Shown: piece by piece, positions 42,263 to 57,152 of the stretch
Layout of the letters: the number at the start of each line of letters is the position of its first letter
How positions within the stretch are numbered: the first letter of the stretch is position 1
NCBI GenBank assembly: GCA_964016885.1
Contig: OZ024761.1
Coordinates: 2,976,001-3,040,000 of the forward strand
Origin: Eledone cirrhosa
Taxonomy: Eukaryota
Reading direction: 5' to 3'
DNA length: 64,000 nt
The notes under the pieces: model-generated
What the model saw: only the letters and a program-made list of their open reading frames with translations
What the model was told of the DNA's origin: nothing
Database searches by the model: none
Made by a program: the position numbers and the translations under genes

Positions 42263-42325
42263 TATGTTATCTGATGAAAGCGTACCAAAGTTTTGTTACC
42301 CTTGAAATATATATATAATAGAATA
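42263..42325 (+). ncRNA. Minimal type I hammerhead motif, same family tail as 6952
   Basis: tatgttat-CTGATGA-aag-gta-caa/ttg-tac-ctt-GAAA-tatatata-TA-atagaata, followed by the shared aataaatatggttttataaatatagtttcc and (TA)n. Confidence 0.7.
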
Positions 42326-42364
42326 AATATGGTTTTATAAATATAGTTTCCATTTATTTAATAT

Positions 42365-42441
<77 letters not shown>

Positions 42442-42450
42442 CATATATAC

Positions 42451-43122
<672 letters not shown>

Positions 43123-43253
43123 CAGAATCACGGAATAGTGAAGTCAATGACAGAAAAATAAGAAATGCGTTAAGAATGCGAGAGAAAAGATGAGCGATAA
43201 GTTAATGGAGGAGGGGGGGGTTGAAGTAACGGTGTGTAAAGATAAGTCAAAGA

Positions 43254-43303
<50 letters not shown>

Positions 43304-43346
43304 GGAGGGAGGGAGAGAGAGAGAGAGGGAGAGAGAGAGAGAAAGT

Positions 43347-43393
<47 letters not shown>

Positions 43394-43489
43394 GGAAATA
43401 ATGTAAGGAATTTCTAGAAAAACCTGTTGGGAATGGAAATGAATGAAACCGTTGCCAATATTTCATAAATGTTTTTACTCTATTTTGGA

Positions 43490-46130
43490 AGAGGGGAGGA
43501 AGGGCTGTAAGGTAGGTTCCACCTTGTATTATGGAGGGGAGGAAGGGCTGTAAGGTAGGTTCCACCTTGTATTATGGAGGGGAGCAGGGCTGTAAGGTAG
43601 GTTCCACCTTGTATTATGGAGGGCAGGGGGGCTGTAAGGTAGGTTCCACCTTGTATTATGGAGGGCAGGGGGGCTGTAAGGTAGGTTCCACCTTGTATTA
43701 TGGAGGGGAGGAGGGCTGTAAGGTAGGTTCCACCTTCTATTATGGAGGGGAGGTAGGGCTGTAAGGTAGGTTCCACCTTGTATTATGGAGGGGAGGTAGG
43801 GCTGTAAGGTAGGTTCCACCTTGTATTATGGAGGGAGGTATGGTTGTAAGGTAGGTTCCATCTTGTATTATGGAGGGGAGGTAGGGCTGTAAGGTAGGTT
43901 CCATCTTGTATTATGGAGGGGAGGAGGGCTGTAAGGTAGGTTCCACCTTGTATTATGGAGGGGAGGGGGGCTGTAAGGTAGGTTCCACCTTGTATTATGG
44001 AAGGGAGGAGGGCTGTAAGGTAGGTTCCACCTTGTATTATAGAGGGGAGGAGGGCTGTAAGGTAGGTTCCACCTTCTATTATGGAGGGGAGGTAAGGCTG
44101 TAAGGTAGGTTCCACCTTGTATTATGGAGGGGAGGTAGGACTGTAAGGTAGGTTCCACCTTGTATTATGGAGAGGAGGTAGGGTTGTAAGGTAGGTTCCA
44201 CCTTGTATTATGGAGGGGAGGTAGGGTTGTAAGGTAGGTTCCACCTTGTATTATGGAGGGGAGGTAGGGTTGTAAGGTAGGTTCCACCTTGTATTATGGA
44301 GGGGAGGAGGGCTGTAAGGTAGGTTCCACCTTGTATTATGGAGGGTAGGTAGGACTGTAAGGTAGGTTCCACCTTGTATTATGGAGGGGAGGTAGGGCTG
44401 TAAGGTATGCTACACCTTGTATTATGGAGGGGGGGGGGGAGGGTTGTAAGGTAGGTTCCACCTTGTATTATGGAGGGGAGGTAGGGTTGTAAGGTAGGTT
44501 CCATCTTGTATTATGGAGGGGAGGGGGCTTTAAGGTAGGTTTCACCTTGTATTATGGAGGGGAGGTAGGGTTGTAAGGTAGGTTCCACCTTGTATTATGG
44601 AGGGGAGGTAGGGCTGTAAGGTAGGTTCCACCTTGTATTATGGAGGGGAGGTAGGGCTGTAAGGTAGATTCCACCTTGTATTATGGAGGGGAGGTAGGGT
44701 TGTAAGGTAGGTTCCACCTTGTATTATGGAGGGGAGGTAGGGTTGTAAGGTAGGTACCACCTTCTATTATGGAGGGGAGGTAGGGTTGTAAGGTAGGTTC
44801 CACCTTCTATTATGGAGGGGAGGTAGGGCTGTAAGGTAGGGTCCACCTTGTATTATGGAGTGGAGGTAGGACTGTAAGGTAGGTTACACCTTGTATTATG
44901 GAGGGGAGGTAGGATTGTAAGGTAGGTTCCACCTTGTATTATGGAGGGGAGGCAGGGTTGTAAGGTAGGTCCCACCTTTTATTATGGAGGGGAGGTAGGG
45001 TTGTAAGGTAGGTTCCACCTTGTATTATGGAGGGGAGGCAGGGTTGTAAGGTAGGTTCCACCTTGTATTATGGAGGGGAGGTAGGGCTGTAAGGTAGGGT
45101 CCACCTTGTATTATGGAGGGGAGGTAGGGCTGTAAGGTAGGTTACACCTTGTGTTATGGAGGGGAGGTAGTGTTGTAAGGTAGGTTCCACCTTGTATTAT
45201 GGAGGGGAGGTAGGGTTGTAAGGTAGGTTCCATCTTGTATTATGGAGGGGAGGTAGGGTTGTAAGGTAGGTACCACCTTCTATTATGGAGGGGAGGTAGG
45301 GTTGTAAGGTAGGTTCCACCTTGTATTATGGAGGGGAGGTAAGGCTGTAAGGTAGTGTCCACCTTGTATTATGGAGGGGAGGTAGGGCTGTAAGGTAGGT
45401 TACACCTTGTATTATGGAGGGGAGGTAGGGTTGTAAGGTAGGTACCACCTTCTATTATGGAGGGGAGGTAGGGTTGTAAGGTAGCTTACACCTTGTATTA
45501 TGGAGGGGAGGAGGGCTGTAAGGTAGGGTCTACCTTGTATTATGGAGGGGAGGAGGGCTGTAAGGTAGGTTCCACCTTGTATTATGGAGGGGAGGAGGGC
45601 TGTAAGGTAGGTTCCACCTTGTATTATGGAGGGGAGGTAGGGTTGTAAGGTAGGTACCACCTTCTATTATGGAGGGGAGGTAGGGTTGTAAGGTAGGTTA
45701 CACCTTGTATTATGGAGGGGAGGAGGGCTGTAAGGTAGGGTCTACCTTGTATTATGGAGGGGAGGAGGGCTGTAAGGTAGGTTCCACCTTGTATTATGGA
45801 AGGGAGGAGGGCTGTAAGGTAGGTTCCACCTTGTATTATGGAAGGGAGGAGGGCTGTAAGGTAGGTACCACCTTGTATTATGGAAGGGAGGAGGGCTGTA
45901 AGGTAGGTTCCACCTTCTATTATGGAAGGGAGGAGGGCTGTAAGGTAGGTTCCACCTTCTATTATGGAAGGGAGGAGGGCTGTAAGGTAGGGCCTACCTT
46001 GTATTATGGAGGGGAGGTAGGGTTGTAAGGTAGGTTCCACTTTGTATTATGGAAGGGACGAGGGCTGTAAGGTAGGTTCCACCTTGTATTATGGAGTGGG
46101 GGTAGGGCCGTAAGGTAGGGTCCACCTTGT
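43490..46130. repeat. 42-43 bp G-rich minisatellite, about 60 copies
   Basis: ggaggggaggtagggctgtaaggtaggttccaccttgtattat. Confidence 0.95.
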
Positions 46131-46577
46131 AGTCTTACACCCTAGATTTGTATTATCTCTGGAGATAAACCGATTTTATAGGTTATTCTTTTACTCTTTT
46201 ACCTGTTCCATAGACATCAGGCTGAGGCTATATATATGTGTGTCTATATATATAGAGAGAGATATGTGTGTATATATATCTGTGCGTGTGTGTGAATATA
46301 TATATATATATATATGTGTGTATATGTATATATATATATGTGTGTATATATATATGTCTATATATATATAGAGAGAGAGATATGTCTATATATATATATA
46401 GAGAGAGATATGTGTGTATATATATATATATATGTGTGTCTATATATATATAGAGGGAGAGATATGTGTGTATATATATATATATTATGTGTGTATATGT
46501 ATATATATATATATGTGTTTATATATGTGTGTGTGTATATATATATATGTGTGTGTGTGTATATATATATGTGTGTG

Positions 46578-46610
<33 letters not shown>

Positions 46611-46705
46611 ATATATGTATATGTCTGTGTGCATATATACATATGTGTGTATATATATATATATGTGTGTGTATATATATGTGTGTGTATATATATATGT
46701 GTGTG

Positions 46706-46737
<32 letters not shown>

Positions 46738-46738
46738 A

Positions 46739-46769
<31 letters not shown>

Positions 46770-47119
46770 ACAAAGGAAATGTGGTAAGGAACCATATGGA
46801 CCATAACGCACCAGAGTACTCAATACTTGGGGTAGTAGAGTGGGGTGATACTTTTTCCTATAAATATATATATACGAGGTGTCTCCCAAAATGTATATAC
46901 ACTTCAACTGCATTCAAATATAAGTGTGTGCACATTTTGGGGAGAGACGCTGTTTATATATATATATATAAAATCTGTGTGTGTACTTTATTATGGCCAA
47001 GTGATGAGTATTGTTGCGCTGGAGTTTCACCTGTTTTCACACATGATCTTCCTGCAGGACATTCCTGATGATTTTTTATGAATGAAAGGGTTCTAATCCT
47101 GTAGAAGTTATTATAAAAT

Positions 47120-48431
47120 ATCATGGTTCTAAGAAATCGTGGTTCCCAACTTCCGTTCAAATCCCTACTTGCGTTACAAGATAGTATGGTTCCCAAGTCA
47201 CATTTAAAAGCCCTACTTACGTTGAGAGACAGTGTGGTTTCCAAGTTACGTTTAAAAACTCTACTTTATAAGAAATGGTTCCAAAGTTACGTTTAAAACT
47301 TGTACTTATGTTACAAGACATCATGGTTCCCAAGTTACGTTCAAAACCCGTACTTACGTTACAAGACAGCATGGTTCCCAAGTTACGTTCAAAACCCGTA
47401 CTTACGTTACAAGGCAGCCTGGTTCCCAAGTTACGTTTAAAACCACTACTTACGTTACAAGACAGCATGGTTCCCGAGTTACGTTTAAAACCCACTACTT
47501 ACGTTATAAGACAGCATGGTTCCCAAGTTACGTTTAAAACCCGTACTTACGTTACAAGACAGCATGGTTCCCAAGTTACGTTTAAAACCCGTACTTACGT
47601 TACAAGACAGGATGGTTCCCAAGTTACGTTTAAAACCACTACTTACGTTACAAGACAGCATGGTTCCCAAGTTACGTTTAAAACCTGTACTTACGTTACA
47701 AGACAGCATGGTTCCCAAGTTACGTTTAAAACCACAACTTACGTTACAAGACAGCATGGTTCCCAAGTTACGTTTAAAACGAGTACTTACATTACAAGAC
47801 AGCATGGTTCCCAAGTTACGTTCAAAACCACTACTTACGTTACAAGACAGCATGGTTCCCAAGTTACGTTTAAAACCCACTACTTACGTTACAAGACAGC
47901 ATGGTTCCCAAGTTACGTTTAAAACGAGTACTTACATTACAAGACAGCATGGTTCCCAAGTTATGTTTAAAACCACTACTTACGTTACAAGGCAGCATGG
48001 TTCCCAAGTTACGTTTAAAACCACTACTTACGTTACAAGACAGCATGGTTCCCAAGTTACGTTTAAAACCCGCACTTACGTTACAATACAGCATGGTTCC
48101 CAAGTTACGTTTAAAACCTGTACTTACGTTACAAGACAGCATGGTTCCCAAGTTACGTTTAAAACCTGTACTTACGTTACAAGACAGCATGGTTCCCAAG
48201 TTACGTTTAAAACCTGTACTTACGTTACAAGACAGCATGGTTCCCAAGTTACGTTTAAAACCTGTACTTACGTTACAAGACAGCATGGTTCCCAAGTTAC
48301 GTTTAAAACGAGAACTTACGTTACAAGACAGCATGGTTCCCAAGTTACGTTTAAAACGAGTACTTACGTTACAAGACAGCATGGTTCCCAAGTTACGTTT
48401 AAAACCCGTACTTCCGTTAAAAGACAGCATG
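47120..48431. repeat. 48-bp minisatellite, about 27 copies
   Basis: cttacgttacaagacagcatggttcccaagttacgtttaaaacccgta; degenerates toward the left end. Confidence 0.95.
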
Positions 48432-48868
48432 ATCTCAGCTGTAATGACTCTTAGAGCCTCTATATCGGGTCGACCTGGACTAATCTCCTTCTGAAAAAGT
48501 CAATAATATCTATAGGAATACATAAATAGGTGCCGGGGCTATCTTATGAAGATTTACACTACTTTGGAGGACATTTACAACGGGACGTTGGATAAAGTGA
48601 TTAAAGGGAACTTCTTCATAATAAACCATTAATATATTCATGACGGGAACTGAATTGAAAATCGAACTTCACTTTTGCCGATGTAATCAAATAATGTGCT
48701 CACGACGAAGATAAGGATTTGTAAAGGAACATCTTAGTTGGTTCGATCGATCTGTAGCTAAGGAGATTCTTCCTTGTCTATCGATCTGTTCACTGAATCA
48801 TCTAATTCCCTCCCTCATCTTTCCTTGGCATATTTAAAACATAATGTAAATCACATCCTTCAGGATAT

Positions 48869-48909
<41 letters not shown>

Positions 48910-49319
48910 CATATATACATATATACATACATACGTACATACATATGTGTGTATGTATGTATATATTTGTATATATGTATGTTTATATATATATTGCTTG
49001 CCTATATCTGACCAGTAGTAGTTGCCTTCCTCTTTTAGCTGACATTAACCCTGGCTTCTCTACTTCTTTCCTCCCCCTTCTTCTCTCTCCTTCCTTTCTT
49101 TCTTTCTTTCTTTTACCTTGTGTCATGGGATCGACGTTAACCTATGCTCCCATCTCTTTCTGTTTTCGTTCATCTGACCGGTAGTAGCATACTGTAAAAT
49201 TTAGCCACGTCACTCCAGGGCGACCGGCTGAGGTTGAAGGAACAGAATAGCGGTCGCCCTCGGGTCTCGATTTTCAGCCCCATGGATTTTACCTATTACA
49301 TTCACGTATTATATTTCGA

Positions 49320-49377
49320 ATACCTGATGATATCACCGGATTCACACGGAACCCGGTCATTGAAATGATCATAGTAT
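49320..49377 (+). ncRNA. Minimal type I hammerhead motif
   Basis: atac-CTGATGA-..accgg/ccggt..-GAAA-tgatca-TA-gtat, then AATAAA and (TA)n. Confidence 0.6.
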
Positions 49378-49425
49378 AATAAACCTTTCAAGGATTTACA
49401 CAAATCCAGCCTCCTGTCATTTCAT

Positions 49426-49469
<44 letters not shown>

Positions 49470-49697
49470 GTACATATGTATTTGCGCATGTATACGTTTA
49501 TATATATTTGTATATATATATGTTTATATTTATATATATATGTATGTATATATGTATACGTATGTGTGTATGCATATGTACGTATATGTATATATATATA
49601 ATATGTATGTGTGTTTGGATTAGCATCCTTCAGAACACAGACCATCTATCTGGAGGCATCCTAACAAATTATTTATTGATTTCATAACTCCACACGA

Positions 49698-50718
49698 TAG
49701 TGGTAGTGGTGGTGGTGGTGGTGGTAGTGATGGTGGTGGTAGTGATGGTGGTGGTAGTAGTAGCGGTGGTAGTAGTTATGGTGGTTATAGTAGTGGTGGT
49801 GGTGGTGGTAGTGATGGTGGTGGTAGTGATGGTGGTGGTAGTAGTAGTGGTGGTAGTAGTTATGGTAGTTATAGTAGTGGTGGTGGTGGTGGTAGTGATG
49901 GTGGTGGTAGTGATGGTGGTGGTAGTAGTAGTGGTGGTAGTAGTAGTGGTGGTAGTAGTTATGGTGGTTATAGTAGTGGTGGTGGTGGTGGTGGTAGTGA
50001 TGGTGGTGGTAGTAGTAGTGGTGGTAGTAGTAGTGGTGGTAGTAGTTATGGTGGTTATAGTAGTGGTGGTGGTGGTGGTAGTGATGGTGGTGGTAGTAGT
50101 AGTGGTGGTAGTAGTAGTGGTGGTTATAGTAGTGGTGGTGGTGGTGGTAGTGATGGTGGTGGTAGTGATGGTGGTGGTAGTAGTAGTGGTGGTAGTAGTT
50201 ATGGTGGTTATAGTAGTGGTGGTGGTGGTGGTGGTAGTGATGGTGGTGGTAGTAGTAGTGGTGGTAGTAGTAGTGGTGGTAGTAGTTATGGTGGGTGTAG
50301 TAGTGGTGGTGGTGGTAGTAGCGGTGGTGGTAGTAGTGCTGGTGGTAGTAGTAGTGGTGGTGGTGGTGTTATTGATGGTGGTGGTAGTAGTGGTGGTAGT
50401 AGTGGTGGTGGTGTTATTGATGGTGGTGGTAGTAGTGGTGGTAGTAGAAGTAGTGGTGGTGGTGGTGGTAGTAGTAGTGGTGGTGGTAGTAGAAGTAGTG
50501 GTGGTGGTGGTAATAGTAGTGCTGGTCGTAATATTAGTGGTGGTAGTAGAAGTGGTGGTGATAGTAGTATTGGTGTAATAGTAGTGGTGGTGGTAGTAGT
50601 AGTAGTATTAGTGGTGGTAGTGGTAGTAGTAGTGGTGGTAGTGGTAGTAGTAGTGGTGGTAGTGGTAGTAGTGGTAGTCTATGATGTTGTTGTCGCAGCA
50701 ATAGTGGTAGCAGTAGTG

Positions 50719-50774
<56 letters not shown>
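49698..50774. repeat. (GGT/AGT)n compound trinucleotide array
   Basis: Direct reading. Confidence 0.95.
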
Positions 50775-51245
50775 TCCTTTTTGATAACCTTCCCCTTAAT
50801 TTCTATTGAACACTGCAAGTTACCCGGATGATCCTCTCAAATGTATTAACACACACTTTGATGTGTTTAACATTATACACCCAGCATTCTCGTACATCAG
50901 TAAATATTCCTACGTTAAATCCCACAAACCTATCCCATCATGCAACACGTTTAAAGCCAGTTGTAAAGACTCGAACGACTTCTAATCATTTTATCGGCTG
51001 CTACATGAGAGAAAACATTTGATCTCTCTTATGATGGAATCTTCCCGAAACGTAAGGTTTTTTTTCTTTTTCCTTGTAGCATAAGAATTATTCTACTGTT
51101 TCAACTGTTCCATTTTCACTTTCGTCAGAAGCTTAGCAAAACATTTAGAGACACTTAACTCGATTACTGACCAATGTTCTACAATTCTTCACGACTGATT
51201 ACTCATCTTTTGTCATAAATATACCTGATGCGAGCCACCACTTAC

Positions 51246-51551
51246 CACATCTTTATAGTGACATGATGCGAGTAGTCTCTCGCCGTTCCTTAGCAACGAT
51301 CTAATTCGACGATTCCTAGTGGAATATTCATGTGTGTGTGTGTGTGTATATATATATATACTTACAAGTGTGTGTGTGTGTGTGTATATACACACACACT
51401 TCCTTTATTCATAATTGCTGTGATGTCTAACCTGTTGACCTGTACTTCATGTTTATACTCCGGAGTAAACAGACCAACATGTGTACTTGTTAGAAAACAT
51501 TCTATACAGATCAGGTTATATGAGGAAAAAGATGGTTCAGGAAAAGCGCAC
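51246..51551 (-). CDS. Two candidate exons of an unidentified host gene (51551-51432, 51315-51246)
   Basis: AG/GT boundaries and compatible phases give CAFPEPSFSSYNLICIECFLTSTHVGLFTPEYKHEVQVNRNRRIRSLLRNGERLLASCHYKDV; second donor GTG|GTAAGT. No homology recognised. Confidence 0.2.
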
Positions 51552-51568
51552 CTGGTGTGTATATATAT

Positions 51569-54500
51569 TTTATATATAAAGTGAAGTTGGGCGTTGTTTG
51601 TTTGTTTGGTGTCCCAAACTTGCAGGCTACACCGCTCATCCGATGTTCATGAAACTTGACACATATATAAAACTTGACCCGTAAATTGCAATAGGCTACT
51701 TGAAATTTTCGAAAAATCGTCCGGTCTCGATGAAACTCTACGCAAATGTGTATTTTGATCCGGGGATGAACGTGGGCTACATTAAAGATTCCAATGAAAT
51801 TTGACGTAGGTATGTATTTGGCAAATCTGGCAAGCGAAAAGCGCCATTCTCCTTGCTTCCATTTGTCGCGATCCCCGCCATGCAAAAAACGTTCAATCTA
51901 TCAGGATTATCCACCGTAAGTCTCTTTAAATTAATGCTCACCATATTCAGCAAACCTTTTATGCCGATTCTTCCATTTCTTATATAAGGACTCTCAAGAC
52001 TATACCGCCACGCATCATCCTGTATTGCGCCCAGTCTTCCCAAGCGATCATCGAGCCTCCATGCGCTCTCTTCATTCCCATGGTCCCACTACCATAGCAT
52101 AATGAGGCATCCGTCAACCACTGCCCTCTCCCTTCCCTGCATGCCGTCGACCCACTGCATCTCTGCCTTGTCAACCGCAATTCATTCCCCGCCCCTTTCC
52201 ATTGCCTGCCCTCCGTGGTCCCTAAGGACTGCCACGGCTCAACATGCCGAATCCCTGCCACCGTCCACCCCTGCCCATTTCCATTGCCTACACTCCGGGA
52301 GAGCTCAAGACTTCCATGCCTCACCAAGCCGCATTCCTGTCACTGTCAACCCCTGCCCTCTCCTTTCCCTGCACGCCGTCGTCCCACTGCAGCGTCATGC
52401 CTCACCATGCCGCATTACTGCCCTGTCGGCCACCATCCCCTCCTGAGCCCTTTCTTTTGCCTGCCCACCGTGCTCCTTTAAGTTGCCATACCTAACCAAG
52501 CCGCATCCCTGCCACCATCAAGTCCTGCCCTCTCCCTTCCCTGACCGCCGTCGTCCCACTGCATCGTCATGCCTTACGATGCCGCATCCATGCTCTGTCA
52601 GCCGCCATGTCCTCCCCTGCCCTTTCCCTTACCCGCACGCCTTGGTTCTTCACGAGTGCCATGGCTCACCATGCGGAATCCCTGCAACCGTCAATCCCGG
52701 CCATCTCCCTTCCTTGCACGCCGTTGACCTACTGCATCGTTATGCCTCACCATGCCGCATCCATGATCTGTCAGCCTCCATCCCCTCCTCAGCCTTTTAT
52801 TTTGCCTGCCCGCCGTGCTCCTTCAAGACTGCCATGCCTAACCAAGCCGCATCCCTGCCACCGTCAACCCCTGCCCTTTCCATTGCCCGCACGCCTTTGT
52901 CCCTCACGACTGCCATGGTTCACCATGCGGCATTCCTGCCCTGTCAGCAACTTGCTCAAATGTCATCAGCATGGTTTATCCCTGCGCCGCACATAACCGC
53001 CCATTATCTCAGACCAAAGACAGCAACGAACATGAGGACGATCCTGTGTAAGTCTTTTTACATTCATTTTGACCATATTTAACAAAATTAAACGAAAATT
53101 CATCCCTTTCTCCTCCAAAGCCTACCGATCATGTATGGCCGATAAACAACTTGCTTTGCACCCGGTTTTCACAAACAATCATCGTGCCCCCCGGTGCTCT
53201 CTAAATTCCCGAGTTCCAACTCAATTGGCATACCGCATCCATGCCCTGTCAGCCGCCATGCGTCCTGCCCTTTCGTCATGACTTATCATGTTGCATCCCT
53301 GCCCTGTCAGCCGCCATCCACTCCCCGACCCTTTCCACTGCCTACGCATGGCAGTCTTGAGGGACCAAGTCGCAGCCCTGCCACCGTCAACCCCTGCCTT
53401 CTCCGTTCCCTGCATGCCGTCGTCCCACTGCATCGTCATGCATCACTATGCCGCATCAATGCTCTGTCAGCCGCCATCCCCTCCTCGGCCCTTTCTTTTG
53501 CCTGCCAGCAGTGCTCCTTCAAGACTGCCATGGCTCACCATGCGGCATTCTTACCAGCGTCCACTCCTGCCCTCTTCCTTGCCTGCTGGCCGTCGGCACA
53601 CTGCATCGTCATGCCTCAGGATGCTGCATCGATGCACTGTCAGCCACCATCCCCTCCTCGGCCCTTTCTTTTGCCTGACCACCGTGCTCCTTCAAGACTC
53701 CCATGGCTATCTATGCCGCATCAATTCCTTGCCACCCGCTTAAACGTCATCAGCATGGCTTATTGTTGCTCCATTTGACCACCGATTTTCGCAGGCTAAA
53801 CACAATACCAACCTGCACGATAGTCCATGGTAAATCTTTTTAATTACATGTTCATCAAGCAAAGGATGAATAGCAACTCTTTCCTTTCTCCTGACATGCC
53901 TTTCTGTCAATTATGGCCTAGAAGCATCCTGTGTAGCATCGCGTCTTCTCAAGCGATCAGCCTGCCTTCCACTCTCCTCACAATTGACTAACAATGCCGC
54001 ATCTATTCCCTGCGACGCCCCTAAACATCATCAGCATGGCTTATTTTTCGGCCGCGTTTAACCGGCCCTCATTCTAGGCCATAAACAACAAAACCGCACG
54101 ATGATGCTGCGTAGGTCTATTTAAATTAATTGTCAACATGTTCAGCAAAACAATTGTACCAATTCTTCCTCTTCACCTCCAAGGCCTATCCATTACATCT
54201 TAGAGGTCGGGATTCGCAATTTCCACGATTTCAATATTGACACAACAATCCGTCAGGTTTTTCGGCACATGTTTCTCTGATAGGAATATCAACGTGATTT
54301 TCACTTAATTCGTAAGTGTTCAGTCTTCCGTATGCTTTTATTTTTTATTGATACAACACCGACTACAATCATCTAACTTCACTTTGTAGGCTAGACGCGA
54401 ATCACAAGGAAAACAATCCTCTGATATACAACCCCACCAAATTCTTTGGTCTACCTAGATTTCAATGGCTATATCCTTTGCTTTTGTACGGTTGTACATT

Positions 54501-55505
54501 TGACAATGTCGCAAAACATTATTCAACCTTGATTCTTACCTTTCAGCTATAAATTGGGCAGTGCCTTAAAATCCCGGTTTATTTGCGTGCAATTTTTTGG
54601 TATCTTATGAATGGAGAATCGAAAACCCTTTTTCTCATAACCTGATACATGATTACACATGCTGCATGGATGTTTGTGGACTATTTTTTTCAAAATACCA
54701 ATATCTCAGATTGGAGCACAAAAAGAAACGTTTGTTCTTCATTTATTTCGGTTAAAGCATCCTGCTGTAATTTAGCGCAGACCCGTTTAAATTCGGCGTC
54801 TTATAACTCCAGCTAGAAAGACAAATGGAAACATTGTTTCCTCGGTCCGATTTGACGAAAGTCGATTTAGTTCCGCAACAAATTAACAAACCATACTTGA
54901 AGACACGTTGAGGCTGTTGCAAAGGGCAATAACCCTAGACACAATTTTGATCAACTTTTTTTCTCCTATAGCAAATTTAGTGGGACAGGTTTTTAGCTAC
55001 TCAAATCTACTTCAGAGGTTACGCATTCATGTAAAAAATCAATAAAACTGAAGCGGGGGTTCGACTTTGCGCAAAAAAAAAGGCTAAGTTGCACATGGGA
55101 AAACTTTTTACAGGAACGTCCGATTTTCTTGAAAACTGTCGCAAAAGACTCGCTATTATGCCGCAGTTCAGATAAAGTCCCTTTTATTTCTTCTTCTGCA
55201 CATATGAAAAAAAAATTGTGAAACAATCGACTCTTTCACCCTGTTTTAAAAATCAACTGAAAATTCAATTTCATGTGAATTTGACTTCCGTCAGTCGTGC
55301 AAAGAACAATTTCAACGATACACTGTGAACCTACAATTGATCCATTATTTATGCTCAATTACACACCTGCGTCTACTAACCTCTGTTTTTTTCCTTGAGG
55401 TTCGAAGGTTTTTTGCACCTGTGATGCGCGGGTAGTAACTTTCACACATTTTAACACCAGAGCTAAGGTCGACTTACACCCGGGCAACGCCGAGTACTTC
55501 TGCTA

Positions 55506-55506
<1 letters not shown>
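51569..55506 (+). mobile_element. Large non-autonomous Helitron-like element with internal GC-rich repeats
   Basis: 5' (TT)TATATATAAA head like that of the 9841 element; 3' hairpin cccgggcaacgccgag then CTAG|T. Whether both ends belong to one element is inferred. Confidence 0.65.
52050..54200. repeat. Diverged GC-rich ~80/90-bp alternating repeats with a recurring ~250-bp module
   Basis: Recurring ccgcatccctgccaccgtcaacccctgcc and ctgtcagccgccatcccctcctcggccc. Module starting catcagcatgg at about 52964, 53748 and 54029. Confidence 0.85.
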
Positions 55507-55579
<73 letters not shown>

Positions 55580-56111
55580 AAAAGGTAAACAGAAATAACA
55601 CAACCAGTACATATTTCACTGCTTGCCACGGCGCTATTTTCCCTAGTTATGTCTCTGTCTCCAACCACACCAATAACACCAGCTCCAATTCATAGAATGC
55701 AAAATGCCCCCCCCCCCCCACACACACACACCCCACACAAAAAAAAATAATAAATACAATCGTAAAAGCTACTTTTGTAAGTTAAGTTTTGCGAATTCAG
55801 AATTTTCATAACAATATAGGATTAGTTTAAATAATTTACTTCACGCTTGTCTCATAATTCTAAATCTACCCCCATAAACCTCTTATTCAAAGACTTAATA
55901 TTAAGATATTGAATATTCTCACATCTAAAGATGTACAAGTTTATATGTAAGAGTAATCAACATACTAGGTGTGTTTCTGAATGTTTTAACGGGGTGGTCA
56001 TGTGTGGAAGAATGTTAAGAAGAGATTTACAAAATGTCGTAGGAAAATGGTAGTTAGATAAATTGAATTTTACAGTTAATCAGTTCTACGACCAACACAA
56101 TGATAGTATGT

Positions 56112-56163
56112 AATACCAGTAATGCACTGGGTAATTGCTGGCCTTGTGCCTAATGTAGAAACA
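56112..56163 (+). mobile_element. 3' fragment of SINE family A
   Basis: taccagtaatgcactgggtaattgctggccttgtgcctaatgtagaaaca. Confidence 0.8.
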
Positions 56164-56479
56164 AGTATGTAATCCAAACTGGATGACTGAAAACAAAGGA
56201 TTGACAACGCGCACTCATACACGCACACATACGCACACATACGGACACATGCGCACACATACGCGCACTTACGCGCACATACATACACACATATGCACAT
56301 ACGCACATACACACATACACACATACACACATACACACACGTATTTATGTATATATGTGTGTATGTATGTATATATATACATTATATGTGTGTGTGTGTA
56401 TATATATATATATGTGTGTGTGTGTATGTATATATATATATTATATATGTGCGTGTGTATATATATATATGTGTGTGTG

Positions 56480-56514
<35 letters not shown>

Positions 56515-56558
56515 TATATGTGTGTGTGCGTGTGTGTATATATATATGTGTGTGTGTG

Positions 56559-56609
<51 letters not shown>

Positions 56610-56649
56610 CTGTGATATCGAGAGGGACAATTCTTTTAAAAAAGCGTTT

Positions 56650-57152
56650 TATAATGTATATAATGTATATAATGTATATAAAGTATATAAAGTATATAAA
56701 GTATATAAAGTATATAATGTATATAAAGTATATAAACTATATAAAGTATATAATGTATATAAAGTATATAAAGTATATAAAGTATATAATGTATATAATG
56801 TATATAATGTATATAAAGTATATAATGTATATAATGTATATAAAGTATATAAAGTATATAAAGTATATAATGTATATAAAGTATATAATGTATATAAAGT
56901 ATATAAAGTATATAAAGTATATAAAGTATATAATGTATATAATGTATATAAAGTATATAATGTATATAATGTATATAAAGTATAGAAAGTATATAAAGTA
57001 TATAATGTATATAATGTATATAAAGTATATAATGTATATAAAGTATATAATGTATATAAAGTATATAATGTATATAATGTATATAATGTATATAAAGTAT
57101 ATAATGTATATAATGTATATAATGTATATAATGTATATAAAGTATATAAAGT
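56650..57152. repeat. 9-bp tandem repeat (TATATAAAG/TATATAATG)
   Basis: Direct reading; two main variants interleaved. Confidence 0.95.

Noticed and set aside
56650-57152. Binary-looking pattern of two 9-mers as information storage
   Set aside because: Adequately explained by slippage of two variants.
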